The translations under genes were made by a program, and so were the position numbers. A DNA stretch of 64,000 nucleotides from Candidatus Levybacteria bacterium RIFCSPHIGHO2_01_FULL_38_26 (lineage in GTDB: Bacteria; Patescibacteriota; Microgenomatia; Levybacterales; UBA12049): contig MFNO01000013.1 of NCBI GenBank assembly GCA_001782075.1, positions 48,608-112,607 on the forward strand, given 5' to 3'. Every line of letters begins with the position of its first letter. Position 1 is the first letter of the stretch. The notes below the pieces were generated by a model. That model saw only the letters and a program-made list of their open reading frames with translations, ran no database searches and was not told where the DNA came from. Positions 38,727-48,692 of this stretch are shown in pieces.

Positions 38727-38734
38727 ATTATATT

Positions 38735-39691
38735 ATGAAATATTATAATGATAAAAAGATTGTTATAACTGGAGGAGGAGGATTTGTCGGAAGTCACATT
38801 GTTGATAGATTAAAAAGATATAATTGTAAATTTTTTGTTCCCAAAACAAAAGATGGAATTGATTTTAGAAAATACGATCATTGTTTTTCATATCTTAGCA
38901 AAACAAAACCTGATATTGTAATTAACTGCGCTGCCAATCAGGGCGGAATTGCGTATCATAGAGGCAAAGAAGCGGATCTTTTTTTGGACAATATGCTTAT
39001 GGGAACATTTCTTCTGCAGGCTTCTCAAAAAGTTGGGGTTAAAAAATTTGTTAACATTGTCGCGGGGTGTTCTTATCCAGGATACGGAGAGAGCGAAAAG
39101 ATGAATGAAGATGAGTACTGGAACGGGAGGCTTCATGAGAGCATATTTAGTTTTGGTTTTCCAAGAAAAGCTTCAACTGCCTATGGATTGGCGCTAAAAA
39201 GACAACATGGTTTTAACTCGATTCATCTTGTTATGGCTAACATGTTTGGTCCTGGTGAACACTTTAATCCAGAGCAAAGCAAGGCGTTGGCTGGGCTTAT
39301 AAAAAAAATTTATGAGGCGAAAAAAAATAAATTGCCTACGGTTGAGGTGTGGGGTACAGGTAAGCCTACGAGGGATTGGCTATATGTGAAAGACGGCGCA
39401 GAGGCGATTTTAAGAGCGACTGCTTTTTACGATGATGTGGATCCGTTAAATATCGCGACCGGTGTTGGAATTTCTATTGCAAAGCTTGCGAGAACTATAA
39501 AAAAAGTTATAGCCTACAAAGGCAGACTCGTGTACAATACCAAAAAACCAGACGGCGCACTTCATAAAACATTTGGAGTAAAAAAAATGAAAAAGGTTTT
39601 AGGTTGGGTTCCGTCGACCCCTATAGAAAAAGGAATAAAAGAAACAGTTGACTGGTTTGACAAGAACTACAAATATGCTATAACTCATTGA
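38735..39691 (+). CDS. GDP-L-fucose synthase-like (GMER/Fcl-like) SDR epimerase-reductase
   Basis: VITGGGGFVGSH, INCAANQGGI, ANMFGPGEHFNPEQS; a GMER-like architecture. Confidence 0.7.
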   Translation: MKYYNDKKIVITGGGGFVGSHIVDRLKRYNCKFFVPKTKDGIDFRKYDHCFSYLSKTKPDIVINCAANQGGIAYHRGKEADLFLDNMLMGTFLLQASQKVGVKKFVNIVAGCSYPGYGESEKMNEDEYWNGRLHESIFSFGFPRKASTAYGLALKRQHGFNSIHLVMANMFGPGEHFNPEQSKALAGLIKKIYEAKKNKLPTVEVWGTGKPTRDWLYVKDGAEAILRATAFYDDVDPLNIATGVGISIAKLARTIKKVIAYKGRLVYNTKKPDGALHKTFGVKKMKKVLGWVPSTPIEKGIKETVDWFDKNYKYAITH

Positions 39692-39695
39692 TAAT

Positions 39696-40454
39696 TTGAA
39701 AAGTTTAGCAATTATTGGCGGAAGCGGTATGCTTGGTTCGGATTTAGTTCGATACCTTGGCAAAAAATTTGATGTTCTATCAATAGATAGAAATAATTAT
39801 CATTCTCATGAAGGGAAATTTTTTGACGTTCTCATAAATGCTAATGGCAACAGCAGGCGCTTTTGGGCAAACCAAAATCCCGTTGATGACTTTTTGGCAT
39901 CAACCTTATCAGTTTATAAAAGTATATTTGATTTTTCCTCAGATTTTTATGTTTACATCTCATCGCCAGATGTTTACGAAAAACACTCAAGTCCAAGATA
40001 CACAATGGAAGAGAGAAAAATAAATTCTGGAAATCTAGAGCCTTATGGATTTAATAAGTATCTGAGCGAACTAATAGTAAAAAAATACAAAAAAAAATAT
40101 CTTATCTTGAGGTGTTCTATGATTCTTGGAAAAAAAATAAAAAAAGGACCAATTTACGATATCATCAATAATAAACCATTATTTATAAACTTAGACTCAA
40201 AACTTCAACTTGTAACTAGCCAAGCCATTGCCGATATAATCGAAAAAGTTTTAGAGAAATCCATTGTGGGCGAAACAATCAACGTTGGCGGGAGAGGGAG
40301 CTTTAGTTTTAAAAAAATTAAAAAATATATAGATCGCGAAATTGAAATCTCACGAGATTCAAAAACCCAAATTTACGAAATGAACATTGAAAAGTTAAAA
40401 GGTTTTTATAAAAAACTAAAGACCTCGGAAGAATATTTAAAGGATTTTTTTTGA
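39696..40454 (+). CDS. Short NAD-dependent sugar epimerase/reductase (RmlD-like candidate)
   Basis: AIIGGSGMLGSDL; 252 aa. Confidence 0.5.
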   Translation: MKSLAIIGGSGMLGSDLVRYLGKKFDVLSIDRNNYHSHEGKFFDVLINANGNSRRFWANQNPVDDFLASTLSVYKSIFDFSSDFYVYISSPDVYEKHSSPRYTMEERKINSGNLEPYGFNKYLSELIVKKYKKKYLILRCSMILGKKIKKGPIYDIINNKPLFINLDSKLQLVTSQAIADIIEKVLEKSIVGETINVGGRGSFSFKKIKKYIDREIEISRDSKTQIYEMNIEKLKGFYKKLKTSEEYLKDFF

Positions 40455-40502
40455 AAAATTACCTGCTTTGATATTGTGATATAATTCGTTTGCTTTCTTT
40501 AT

Positions 40503-41645
40503 ATGAAAAAAAAGGATTATGAAATTGACGACAATATAATTCGTACCTGGTCAACATACATCCCCAAAGAAGCGATTTCCGAGGTTATAAAAACATTAAG
40601 GTCAAAGTGGATTAATACCGGCAAAAAAGAAAAAGAACTGCGGGGGATTGCAGCGAAAAAGTGGAGTTTTCCTTATTGCGTTGCTGTTAACAATTGTACT
40701 GCTGCTCTTAGGTCAAGTTTGGCTATCCTTGGCGTTGGACCTGGGGATGAAGTCATATCAACTCCTTATACTTTTATTGCCACAAACACCGCTATTCTTG
40801 AACAAGGAGCAAAGCCTGTATTTGCAGATATTAAATACGATGATCTTAATATAGACCCAAAAAGCATAGAGAAGAATATAACCAAAAAAACAAAGGCAAT
40901 TATGATAGTGCATTATGGCGGCAATCCTTGCGACCTGGATGAGTTAAGAAAGATCGGAGTGAAACATAATCTGCCAATTATAGAAGACGCCGCGCATGCT
41001 TTGGGAAGCATGTATAAAGGTAAATACATAGGTTCAACTGGAGAACTTGTATGTTTTTCTCTTCAGGTAGTTAAAATTATTAATTCTGGCGATGGAGGAT
41101 TAATATCAACATCAAAAAAAAGATACTACCAAAAGCTCAAAAAAATAATTTGGTACGGTATTGATAGAGAGGAGAAAAAAACAAGCCTTTTGGACCCTTT
41201 GCCAGACAGCTTCAAGGGCGATGTTCTTGGATTTAAATATAATATGAATGATATTATAGCTTCGCTTGCTCTGGCAGGGGTTAATAATTATGATGCTCCA
41301 GCCAGAAAAAGAAGGATAATAGGAGAGAGTTATAGGAAGGAACTTGCCAAATGCAGGGGGCTGCGTCTGATGAAGTACTATGATGATAGAAAGCCAAACT
41401 ATCAGATATTTCCTGCTCATGTAGAGGATAGACTTAAGTTTGCCAGGTACATGAAAGCCCACAATATTCAAGTAAACATAAACAACCGGCGTAATGATAT
41501 TTACCCTATGTTTGGAGGGCTTCGAAAGGATTTACCTGTGCTTGCGAAAGCTGATAAAGACGTAGTTTTACTGCCGATGCATGCGGATCTTACAGAAGGG
41601 CAAGTTGATTACATTATTCAGAAAGTTCGGGATGCGTGTAAATGA
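40503..41645 (+). CDS. DegT/DnrJ/EryC1-family PLP-dependent sugar aminotransferase
   Basis: NCTAALRSSL...DEVISTPYTF...SLQVVKIINSGDGG. Confidence 0.8.
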   Translation: MKKKDYEIDDNIIRTWSTYIPKEAISEVIKTLRSKWINTGKKEKELRGIAAKKWSFPYCVAVNNCTAALRSSLAILGVGPGDEVISTPYTFIATNTAILEQGAKPVFADIKYDDLNIDPKSIEKNITKKTKAIMIVHYGGNPCDLDELRKIGVKHNLPIIEDAAHALGSMYKGKYIGSTGELVCFSLQVVKIINSGDGGLISTSKKRYYQKLKKIIWYGIDREEKKTSLLDPLPDSFKGDVLGFKYNMNDIIASLALAGVNNYDAPARKRRIIGESYRKELAKCRGLRLMKYYDDRKPNYQIFPAHVEDRLKFARYMKAHNIQVNINNRRNDIYPMFGGLRKDLPVLAKADKDVVLLPMHADLTEGQVDYIIQKVRDACK

Positions 41646-42796
41646 GGCGGGCAAAAAGTATTATTTACGTCAATTATTCTCCCTATGAAAACTCAGGAAA
41701 GATACTGGATTTTTTACTTGAGAATTTTGAGCAAATATTTTTATTTTCCTTAGGATTTTATGGACTTGGAAACAAAAAGAAATATAATAGATTGCTGATT
41801 TTTATAAATGGAAAACTAATTGAGAAAAAACCATTGGGACAAATTCCTATTCCTCAAGGACTTTTTTTTCTGCTTTTGCCCCTCAGGTCTTTAATAATTT
41901 TAATTCAAATATTGGTATATTCATTGTGGTTGAAAAGAAAATATGGAAGGATAGATTATTATTTCACAGTTAACGCGTTTACTGCATGGATAGGTACGAT
42001 TTTAAAAAAAATTGGCTTGGTAAATAAGACAATTTTTTGGGTTTGGGATTATTATCCTCCATATCATGACAATAAAATAATAGTTCTGATGAGACAGATA
42101 TATTGGTATTTTGACAAGGTAAGCTCCCACTCGGATTATGTAGCATATGTCAATCAAAAATTAATAGATTTGCGAAAAGACACGGGAGTTCTCTCCAGAA
42201 ACGCGAGCTTTCAGATAGTTCCTATAGGAACAGAAAAGTTTAACATAAAACCCCGAGTAAAAAAAGATGTGGTATTTGGGTTTATTGGAGTTTTAAAAAG
42301 AAGCCATGGGCTTGATATTATTTTTGACAATGAAAAACTTATTGGTAAATATCTTCCAAATGCGCGTCTGGAGGTAATCGGGTCGGGACCTGATGAGATG
42401 CATTTCAGGCAAAGGGCAAAAAAATCTCCTATTTTAACGAAATTCTACGGTTTTTTAGAAGACAAAAAAATTAATGAGGTATTGAAGAAATGTTCTATCG
42501 GTATTGCCGCATATGTTCCAGACAAAAGTAATGTGTCATACTACGGAGATCCTGGAAAAGTAAAAAGATACTTAAGCTTGGGTCTTCCTGTAATCGTCAC
42601 AAAAGTAGTTGGTTTTTCTAAGGAAATTGATAATTCAAAAGCTGGGGTAGCAATAGAATATGACAACTCAGAAAATCTAATTGATGCGATCAAAAAAATA
42701 ATGTCTGATTACCCAACTTATCAGAAAAATGCATTATCATTAAGCAGGAAATATTATTATAAGGTTATTTATAAAAAGATGTTTGCGTTGAAATAA
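41642..42796 (+). CDS. GT4-like glycosyltransferase (divergent)
   Basis: GT-B C-terminal half: FGFIGVLKRSHGLDII...LPVIVTK. Confidence 0.5.
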   Translation: MRRAKSIIYVNYSPYENSGKILDFLLENFEQIFLFSLGFYGLGNKKKYNRLLIFINGKLIEKKPLGQIPIPQGLFFLLLPLRSLIILIQILVYSLWLKRKYGRIDYYFTVNAFTAWIGTILKKIGLVNKTIFWVWDYYPPYHDNKIIVLMRQIYWYFDKVSSHSDYVAYVNQKLIDLRKDTGVLSRNASFQIVPIGTEKFNIKPRVKKDVVFGFIGVLKRSHGLDIIFDNEKLIGKYLPNARLEVIGSGPDEMHFRQRAKKSPILTKFYGFLEDKKINEVLKKCSIGIAAYVPDKSNVSYYGDPGKVKRYLSLGLPVIVTKVVGFSKEIDNSKAGVAIEYDNSENLIDAIKKIMSDYPTYQKNALSLSRKYYYKVIYKKMFALK

Positions 42797-42797
42797 T

Positions 42798-44006
42798 ATG
42801 AAGACTGTTTTCATAGCGAATTTTCTCCCCGATACAAATTACACAAGAGACCTAAGCCAAGGTTTCATAGAAGCTATGGAGAAAAGGGATAAATTATTTT
42901 TATGCGGAAGAAAGGGCGAGCCTGTGATTGACGGAAAAAAACCAGACGTGGATTTGGTTTGGAAAAAAGGAGCATTTTTTTTTATTCCAATTTTTATGTA
43001 TATCTTAAAAAGACGTCCAAACCTAATACATTTTCAACACGAATTCATAATGTATGGAGGGGTACTATCCGGATTTATTTTTCCATGGCTAATTCTGTTT
43101 TTGAGAATAATCAAATTTAAAATTGTAATAACCCTGCACGTAATTATCTCCACAAAACAGCTTAATAAAGATTTTTTCGAAAGCTTTGGTCTTAAATATA
43201 ATTTTCTCAGTAGAATTTCCGCCAAACTTTTTCTAGCTTATAGCTACAAATTATTAGTTATTTTTTCTAATATCGTAATCGTTCACACGCCATTAATGAG
43301 ACGTGTTCTAATCGAGCAATACAAATGTAACCCTGACAAGATTAAGGTAATTGAACTTGGAAATAGAATGCTATCAAAACACCCAATACCTATCCGTAAT
43401 CCCTACATCGTAAAAAAATTCCCAATGTTAAAGAATAAGGACATTATCTTGGTTTTTGGCCGGCTATCTCCCAGAAAAGGACTTGAGTTTTTAATACATT
43501 CTTTTAGGGAAATGGTAGCTGAAAATAAGAAAAAAAACTGGATTTTGGTTTTCGCTGGAGAAGTTAGCAATGATTATTTGGGATATAAGCAAAAAATAGA
43601 AAACCTAATAGAAAAATTAAAAATATCGAGATTTATAGTTATAACAGGATTTGTAAATGAAAAAGAAGTTGAAGAATTGCATAGGATGGCAAAAGTTTCA
43701 GTCATTCCTGCGCTTTTTTCTGTAAGCGTAAGCGGTGCAATATCTACGGCTTTAGCATATAAAATACCATTGCTTGTTGCAAATGTTAGTCCGATAGCAG
43801 AAGAAGTTAAAGGAAATAATATAGGGCGGATATTTGATAATGCAAATATTAATTCGTTTGCACAGGAGCTTAAAAAATTAATATCAGATAGGTATAATCA
43901 TAAGAAGATAATGAGTTCGATTGAAAAGGTTGCTGCCAGGCGATACTGGACTGTAGTTGCCCGTGAACACTATAAAACTTACAAAAACTCTTGTATTAGA
44001 AGGTAG
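42798..44006 (+). CDS. GT4 glycosyltransferase
   Basis: ILVFGRLSPRKGLEFLIHSF. Confidence 0.7.
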   Translation: MKTVFIANFLPDTNYTRDLSQGFIEAMEKRDKLFLCGRKGEPVIDGKKPDVDLVWKKGAFFFIPIFMYILKRRPNLIHFQHEFIMYGGVLSGFIFPWLILFLRIIKFKIVITLHVIISTKQLNKDFFESFGLKYNFLSRISAKLFLAYSYKLLVIFSNIVIVHTPLMRRVLIEQYKCNPDKIKVIELGNRMLSKHPIPIRNPYIVKKFPMLKNKDIILVFGRLSPRKGLEFLIHSFREMVAENKKKNWILVFAGEVSNDYLGYKQKIENLIEKLKISRFIVITGFVNEKEVEELHRMAKVSVIPALFSVSVSGAISTALAYKIPLLVANVSPIAEEVKGNNIGRIFDNANINSFAQELKKLISDRYNHKKIMSSIEKVAARRYWTVVAREHYKTYKNSCIRR

Positions 44007-44018
44007 TATAATGTAAAA

Positions 44019-44777
44019 GTGGATAAAAATAAAATAGAATTGCATTCTCCAACTAAAATATTAAGAAAGTACACTTTTTTATTTGCAAAAGTTCTTCGCG
44101 ATTTGCGGATCTCTCCGGATGCATTAATAGCAGGAAGGTTGTTAATTTTTGGTTTGGGATCGGCTTATTTATTTTACATCGGGACCTATGTATCCAATAT
44201 GCTGGCCGTTTTATTTTTATTTACAAATTTTTTCCTTGGTTTGATTGGTGAAGATTTAGCTAGAAACTTCAATCTAAAAACTAAGTTGAGCGAATTTTTG
44301 GATGCAAATTCACACTATTTTATTAACAGTATAATTATTATCTCGATAACTATCTATATGTTTCAAGTAGAGCATCCGCTTAGATTTATAGGCCTTTTTG
44401 CTTTTTTTGGCCACTCTTTTTCTGTAAAAATATTTACATTTTTAAAATCAACGTTTCTGATATCGGTTATTTCAGAAAATGCCAAAATGGAAAAGTTTTT
44501 TTTGCAAAACAAACCGGATTTAATAAGTATGTTGCTAAAGGAGCTTATGATTCCAAAAAATTTTGTTTTTTTTCTTTTCTCAAGCATACGCTATCATCTG
44601 ATTCTTGGTGCTTTGTTGGGAATAATGCCAATTATGATTTTGTTGTATGCGATAATGATTAATTTTCAATGGTTAACTTTGGTTGTTGCGCTTATTTACT
44701 ACTATAAATTTTATAACACTGAAAAAAGAATTATCTTTTTTAAAGCGTTAAAAGCACTTGAAGTAAAGGATAAGTAA
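44019..44777 (+). CDS. CDP-alcohol phosphotransferase-family membrane protein, degenerate paralog
   Basis: About 6 TM. GEDLARNF...LSEFLDANSHYF aligns to the active-site motif of the downstream gene, but with G->S and the final D->H. Confidence 0.5.
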   Translation: MDKNKIELHSPTKILRKYTFLFAKVLRDLRISPDALIAGRLLIFGLGSAYLFYIGTYVSNMLAVLFLFTNFFLGLIGEDLARNFNLKTKLSEFLDANSHYFINSIIIISITIYMFQVEHPLRFIGLFAFFGHSFSVKIFTFLKSTFLISVISENAKMEKFFLQNKPDLISMLLKELMIPKNFVFFLFSSIRYHLILGALLGIMPIMILLYAIMINFQWLTLVVALIYYYKFYNTEKRIIFFKALKALEVKDK

Positions 44778-44784
44778 AAGTAGT

Positions 44785-45558
44785 ATGAAAAAAAACTCAA
44801 ATCAAGAAAGACGTCTAGATTTTATAGCCAAAACATTGAAAAATCTTTCTGTGAATGTTGCTAGATTTCTAAATGGAATAGGTGTTACGCCCAATATGAT
44901 TACATCATTAAGATTATTAATAGGTGCTGGATCTTCTTATTTATTTTTTCTTCAGGGATATGTAACGGATTTGCTTGCCATTTTCTTTTTAGGCTTATTT
45001 TTTTTTCTTGATTTGGTGGACGGAGACTTGGCGAGAAAATTCAAAAAAACTTCCAAGCTGGGAGAATTTATGGACAGTTTTATAGACGCTGTTATAATTA
45101 ATTTGGTTTTGCTTGCAATTTATGGAAACCTAAATGCTGCAGCTAATCCTTTTAGTTATATTCCTGTAATAGCCATCATGGGACAAGGGCTGTCTGTTCT
45201 CATATCTCAAAACTATGAAGCTAAATTTGGCATATCGGGCTTGTCTTTAAATCCTAAGATACAATCTTATCGTAAGAACAATGACGTTGATGCTATTAGC
45301 AAATTTCTTTTTGAACTTTTGACACCGACAAATATCTTAACTTCACTTTTTTCCACATTAAAATATTATCTGATTGTTGGCGCGTTATTTAATATAATTC
45401 CTCTTGCGATAACAGCTTATGCCCTTATGATTAATTTAAGATGGATAATGCTTTCTTTTACATTAGCTTTATACTATAAGTACAACCAGCTTGTAAACAA
45501 AATCAATTTTTTTTATATTCTAAAAGCCTTAGAGCGCAATCGTCCACTTGTTATATAA
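44785..45558 (+). CDS. CDP-alcohol phosphotransferase-family membrane protein (intact motif)
   Basis: DLVDGDLARKFKKTSKLGEFMDSFIDAV is D-G-x2-A-R-x8-G-x3-D-x3-D; about 6 TM. Confidence 0.7.
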   Translation: MKKNSNQERRLDFIAKTLKNLSVNVARFLNGIGVTPNMITSLRLLIGAGSSYLFFLQGYVTDLLAIFFLGLFFFLDLVDGDLARKFKKTSKLGEFMDSFIDAVIINLVLLAIYGNLNAAANPFSYIPVIAIMGQGLSVLISQNYEAKFGISGLSLNPKIQSYRKNNDVDAISKFLFELLTPTNILTSLFSTLKYYLIVGALFNIIPLAITAYALMINLRWIMLSFTLALYYKYNQLVNKINFFYILKALERNRPLVI

Positions 45559-45601
45559 GGGAGAGAGGATAAAACTCTAAGAAACTTAGTTTGGTCTTAG
45601 T

Positions 45602-47989
45602 ATGTTTGAATCGAAAAAACTACCTGAAGCCTTTATAAGCAAAGCAGATACTTTACAAATATTGTCCGGTGTATTGAAAAAATCTTTAGTAGAAGATTTG
45701 TATGTTCTCTTGGAATCGGATTGGAAAAAAAATAAAACTGAGGTTGTAAGAAATATTAAGAATAGATTTAGGGGTAGAAACATAGTAGTTAGAAGTTCTG
45801 CATTAAATGAAGACACTAATCATTATTCAAATGCCGGGACCTTCAAAAGCATATTAAATGTAAATAGTTTGCATGAAGTTTCTATAGTTTCTGCTGTTGA
45901 AAGCGTCATAGGTTCTTATAAAAAAAAGGGTGCAGGAGATTCTAATAATCGCGTACTTGTTCAAACACAAACTATAGATGTATTATCTAGTGGGATAGTA
46001 TTAACAAGAGACTATAATGATTCTCCATACTATGTAATAAATTATTCAGATGGAAAAGATACAACGACTGTTGCAAGGGGTCTCTACAGTAAGACTTTGA
46101 AAATCTTAAAATCAGACCATGTAAATATTCCACTACGCTATAAAACTATAGTTAACGCTGTACGAGAAATAGAGGAGCTTGTTCCTAATATTGCCCTCAA
46201 TATTGAATACGCGCTTAAAAGCAATGGTCAAGTAGTTGTATTTCAAGTTAGACCATTGATTGTAGCTGGGGAAGAGCATTTAGTTAGTGACGTGGATGTT
46301 TTTGATAAAGTCGAGAGGTTAAAAACAAGGTTTAGGAAATTGTCTCAACCAACTCCTCATTTAGCCGGAAAAGTTACATATTTTGGTGATATGCCCGACT
46401 GGAATCCGGCAGAAATAATTGGAAGCTCGCCGCGCCGCTTGGCCTTTTCGTTGTATGCAGAGATTATTACTGATGATATTTGGCATAGAGCTAGAACAAG
46501 CCAAGGATATACTGATGTAAATCCGGCTAACCTTGTTGTAACATTTGGGAACAAACCTTATGTAGATATTAGAAATTCGTTTAACTCATTTATACCGGTT
46601 GGTTTAAGTCAACCCCTTAGGGAAAAACTAATAAATTTCTACCTAGAAAAATTAAAAAGAAATCCTCAGTTTCAAGATAAAGTAGAATTCGAGATCGTTT
46701 ATACGTGTTACGATCTAGCTTTCAATAAACGCTCAAAAGAACTACTAAAGTTCAATTTTTCAAAAGAGGAGATAGACCAAATAAGAACAGCATTGTTGCA
46801 TTTGACCAACAACCTTTTGAGTGCAGAGTCTATCCGTGCCGACCTAGGTCAAAATGAGGAGCTAGAAAAGTATAGAGAAGCTTTTCCTGCAGTAAAAAAA
46901 CAAGCGTCTCCTCAGGAAAGAGTAGAGAGGGCATTGAATTTGTTAGCAATGTGCAAGAAAATGGGAACCCTTCAATTTTCAAGATTGGCAAGACTGGCAT
47001 TTATTGGAAAAATACTGCTTAGAAGCTTGATAGACGAAGGCGCATTAGATTATATGAATTATTACAGATTTCTGGAATCAATTAACACAGTTACATCTAG
47101 TTTCTCAGCAGACATGGAAAAATTGAACAATGGAAATCTAAAAAAAACAGACTTTTTAAATAAATATGGCCATTTGCGGCCGGGAACGTATGACATAAGA
47201 GTTCCTCGGTATGATGCGCATGATTATTTTTCGTTAATAAAAGCTTCAAATAGCGAAGGTGAATTGGGCAAAAAAAAATTTATACTGGATACTGAAGGTT
47301 ATAGGAAAATATCATTTCTATTAAAAAAGCACGGGTTTAGAATAGATGCTAATGAGCTATTTCAGCTTACAAGATTTGCTTTAGAAGCAAGAGAATATTC
47401 AAAGTTTTTATTTACAAAGCCGCTGAGCGATGCTATGGAGCACATTGCCATTGCAGCAGAGGACTTAGGGTTTTTGCGAGAAGATATATCACATTTAGAT
47501 CTTGAGGCAATTAAGATGGCTAAAGATAAAGACGCGACATCTATTAAGGCGCAATGGGGTAAAAGGATCAATAAAAATAGAAAAGACTTTGTATCAAATA
47601 GCTGTATATCTTTGCCTCCTGTAATTTTTTCTGCAGAAGATTTCGATGTTATTTCTTATTATGATTCCCAGCCTAACTATGTGACAAATAAGAAAATTCA
47701 AGGCGATATAGTACTTTTGGACGGACAAGCAGACAAAAAAATTTCTGGGAAAGTAGTGCTTTTGGAAGCTGCAGATCCAGGTTATGATTGGATTTTTGCA
47801 AAGAAGCCGGCGGCTTTGATTACAAAATACGGAGGGACAGCATCTCATATGGTAGTGAGGTGCGCGGAGTTAGGGTTGCCGGCAGCAATTGGCCTGGGAG
47901 ATCATTTATACGAATTGTTATTGAATGCAAATTCTATTATGATTGATTGCGAAAATCAAAAAATTGAATTGAAAGGTATGGTTAGTTAA
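45602..47989 (+). CDS. PEP-synthase/PPDK-like ATP-grasp + phospho-His swivel-domain kinase (candidate L-glutamine kinase, Cj1418-like)
   Basis: 795 aa. C-terminal PEP-utilising mobile domain YGGTASHMVVRCAELGLPAAIGLG, with the His about 58 residues from the C-terminus. There is no PEP-binding TIM-barrel domain. Confidence 0.7.
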   Translation: MFESKKLPEAFISKADTLQILSGVLKKSLVEDLYVLLESDWKKNKTEVVRNIKNRFRGRNIVVRSSALNEDTNHYSNAGTFKSILNVNSLHEVSIVSAVESVIGSYKKKGAGDSNNRVLVQTQTIDVLSSGIVLTRDYNDSPYYVINYSDGKDTTTVARGLYSKTLKILKSDHVNIPLRYKTIVNAVREIEELVPNIALNIEYALKSNGQVVVFQVRPLIVAGEEHLVSDVDVFDKVERLKTRFRKLSQPTPHLAGKVTYFGDMPDWNPAEIIGSSPRRLAFSLYAEIITDDIWHRARTSQGYTDVNPANLVVTFGNKPYVDIRNSFNSFIPVGLSQPLREKLINFYLEKLKRNPQFQDKVEFEIVYTCYDLAFNKRSKELLKFNFSKEEIDQIRTALLHLTNNLLSAESIRADLGQNEELEKYREAFPAVKKQASPQERVERALNLLAMCKKMGTLQFSRLARLAFIGKILLRSLIDEGALDYMNYYRFLESINTVTSSFSADMEKLNNGNLKKTDFLNKYGHLRPGTYDIRVPRYDAHDYFSLIKASNSEGELGKKKFILDTEGYRKISFLLKKHGFRIDANELFQLTRFALEAREYSKFLFTKPLSDAMEHIAIAAEDLGFLREDISHLDLEAIKMAKDKDATSIKAQWGKRINKNRKDFVSNSCISLPPVIFSAEDFDVISYYDSQPNYVTNKKIQGDIVLLDGQADKKISGKVVLLEAADPGYDWIFAKKPAALITKYGGTASHMVVRCAELGLPAAIGLGDHLYELLLNANSIMIDCENQKIELKGMVS

Positions 47990-47990
47990 G

Positions 47991-48692
47991 ATGCTGGTTG
48001 CGATATCGCAAAGAAATTTATATTTAAAAAAATACGGATCAGTAGATATGCTGGAAACAGCATATGTAAGATTATTTAGTGGTTTTGGCATCGATCTAGT
48101 TCAGATGCCCAACATTGGTAAGGATATAAAAAGATATATACAACAAATTTCTGTTGAAGGAATAATATTAAGCGGTGGAGGTGACGTTGATCCTTCACTT
48201 TATGGAGGAGATTCTACTAATCCAGGTGATTACTCTTTAGACAGGGATGAGACTGAAAAGTCATTGCTTGAAACTGCGCTTGTAAAAGACATACCGGTTT
48301 TAGGTATTTGCAGAGGAATGCAAGTAATTAATGTTTATTTTAATGGCAAATTACTGCAGGATATGAAAGCAGAAATAAATAATAAAATAGATCATGTAGG
48401 CAAGAAACATAAAGTGACAGTATCAATGGAATCAATAGTGGATGCATTAGGGACAAATACTGTAGAAGTGAATTCTTACCATAATCAAGGTATTGCCAAA
48501 GCTCAGCTGTCTGAAGATTTGGTTTCTTTTGCAAATGCTCAGGATCAAACAATTGAGGCTGTATATCATCCAGGGCGTTCAATTGCCGCTGTTATGTGGC
48601 ATCCTGAACGATCTAATCCTCCTACTTTTTTGGACAAGCTATTGATTAAATCATTTGTTGTCAGGGAGGCATTTTGGAGAAAGCGAAAGTGA
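47991..48692 (+). CDS. Class-I glutamine amidotransferase / peptidase-C26 gamma-glutamyl hydrolase (Cj1417-like)
   Basis: GICRGMQVIN (nucleophile Cys) and MWHPER (catalytic His/Glu). Confidence 0.8.
   Translation: MLVAISQRNLYLKKYGSVDMLETAYVRLFSGFGIDLVQMPNIGKDIKRYIQQISVEGIILSGGGDVDPSLYGGDSTNPGDYSLDRDETEKSLLETALVKDIPVLGICRGMQVINVYFNGKLLQDMKAEINNKIDHVGKKHKVTVSMESIVDALGTNTVEVNSYHNQGIAKAQLSEDLVSFANAQDQTIEAVYHPGRSIAAVMWHPERSNPPTFLDKLLIKSFVVREAFWRKRK

Noticed and set aside
44785-45558. Reading the CDP-alcohol phosphotransferase as housekeeping PgsA (phosphatidylglycerophosphate synthase)
   Set aside because: It is possible, but the tandem degenerate paralog and placement within a glycan-decoration block argue for a locus-specific role. 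This is left open.
45602-47989. Reading the 795-aa enzyme as PEP synthase, pyruvate-phosphate dikinase or rifampicin phosphotransferase
   Set aside because: I saw no C-terminal PEP/pyruvate-binding TIM-barrel domain after the His swivel domain. It is also immediately followed by a C26 amidohydrolase and a LicC-like cytidylyltransferase, which is the Cj1418-1417-1416 arrangement, so the glutamine-kinase interpretation is favoured. A rifampin-phosphotransferase-like function cannot be excluded without a phylogeny.
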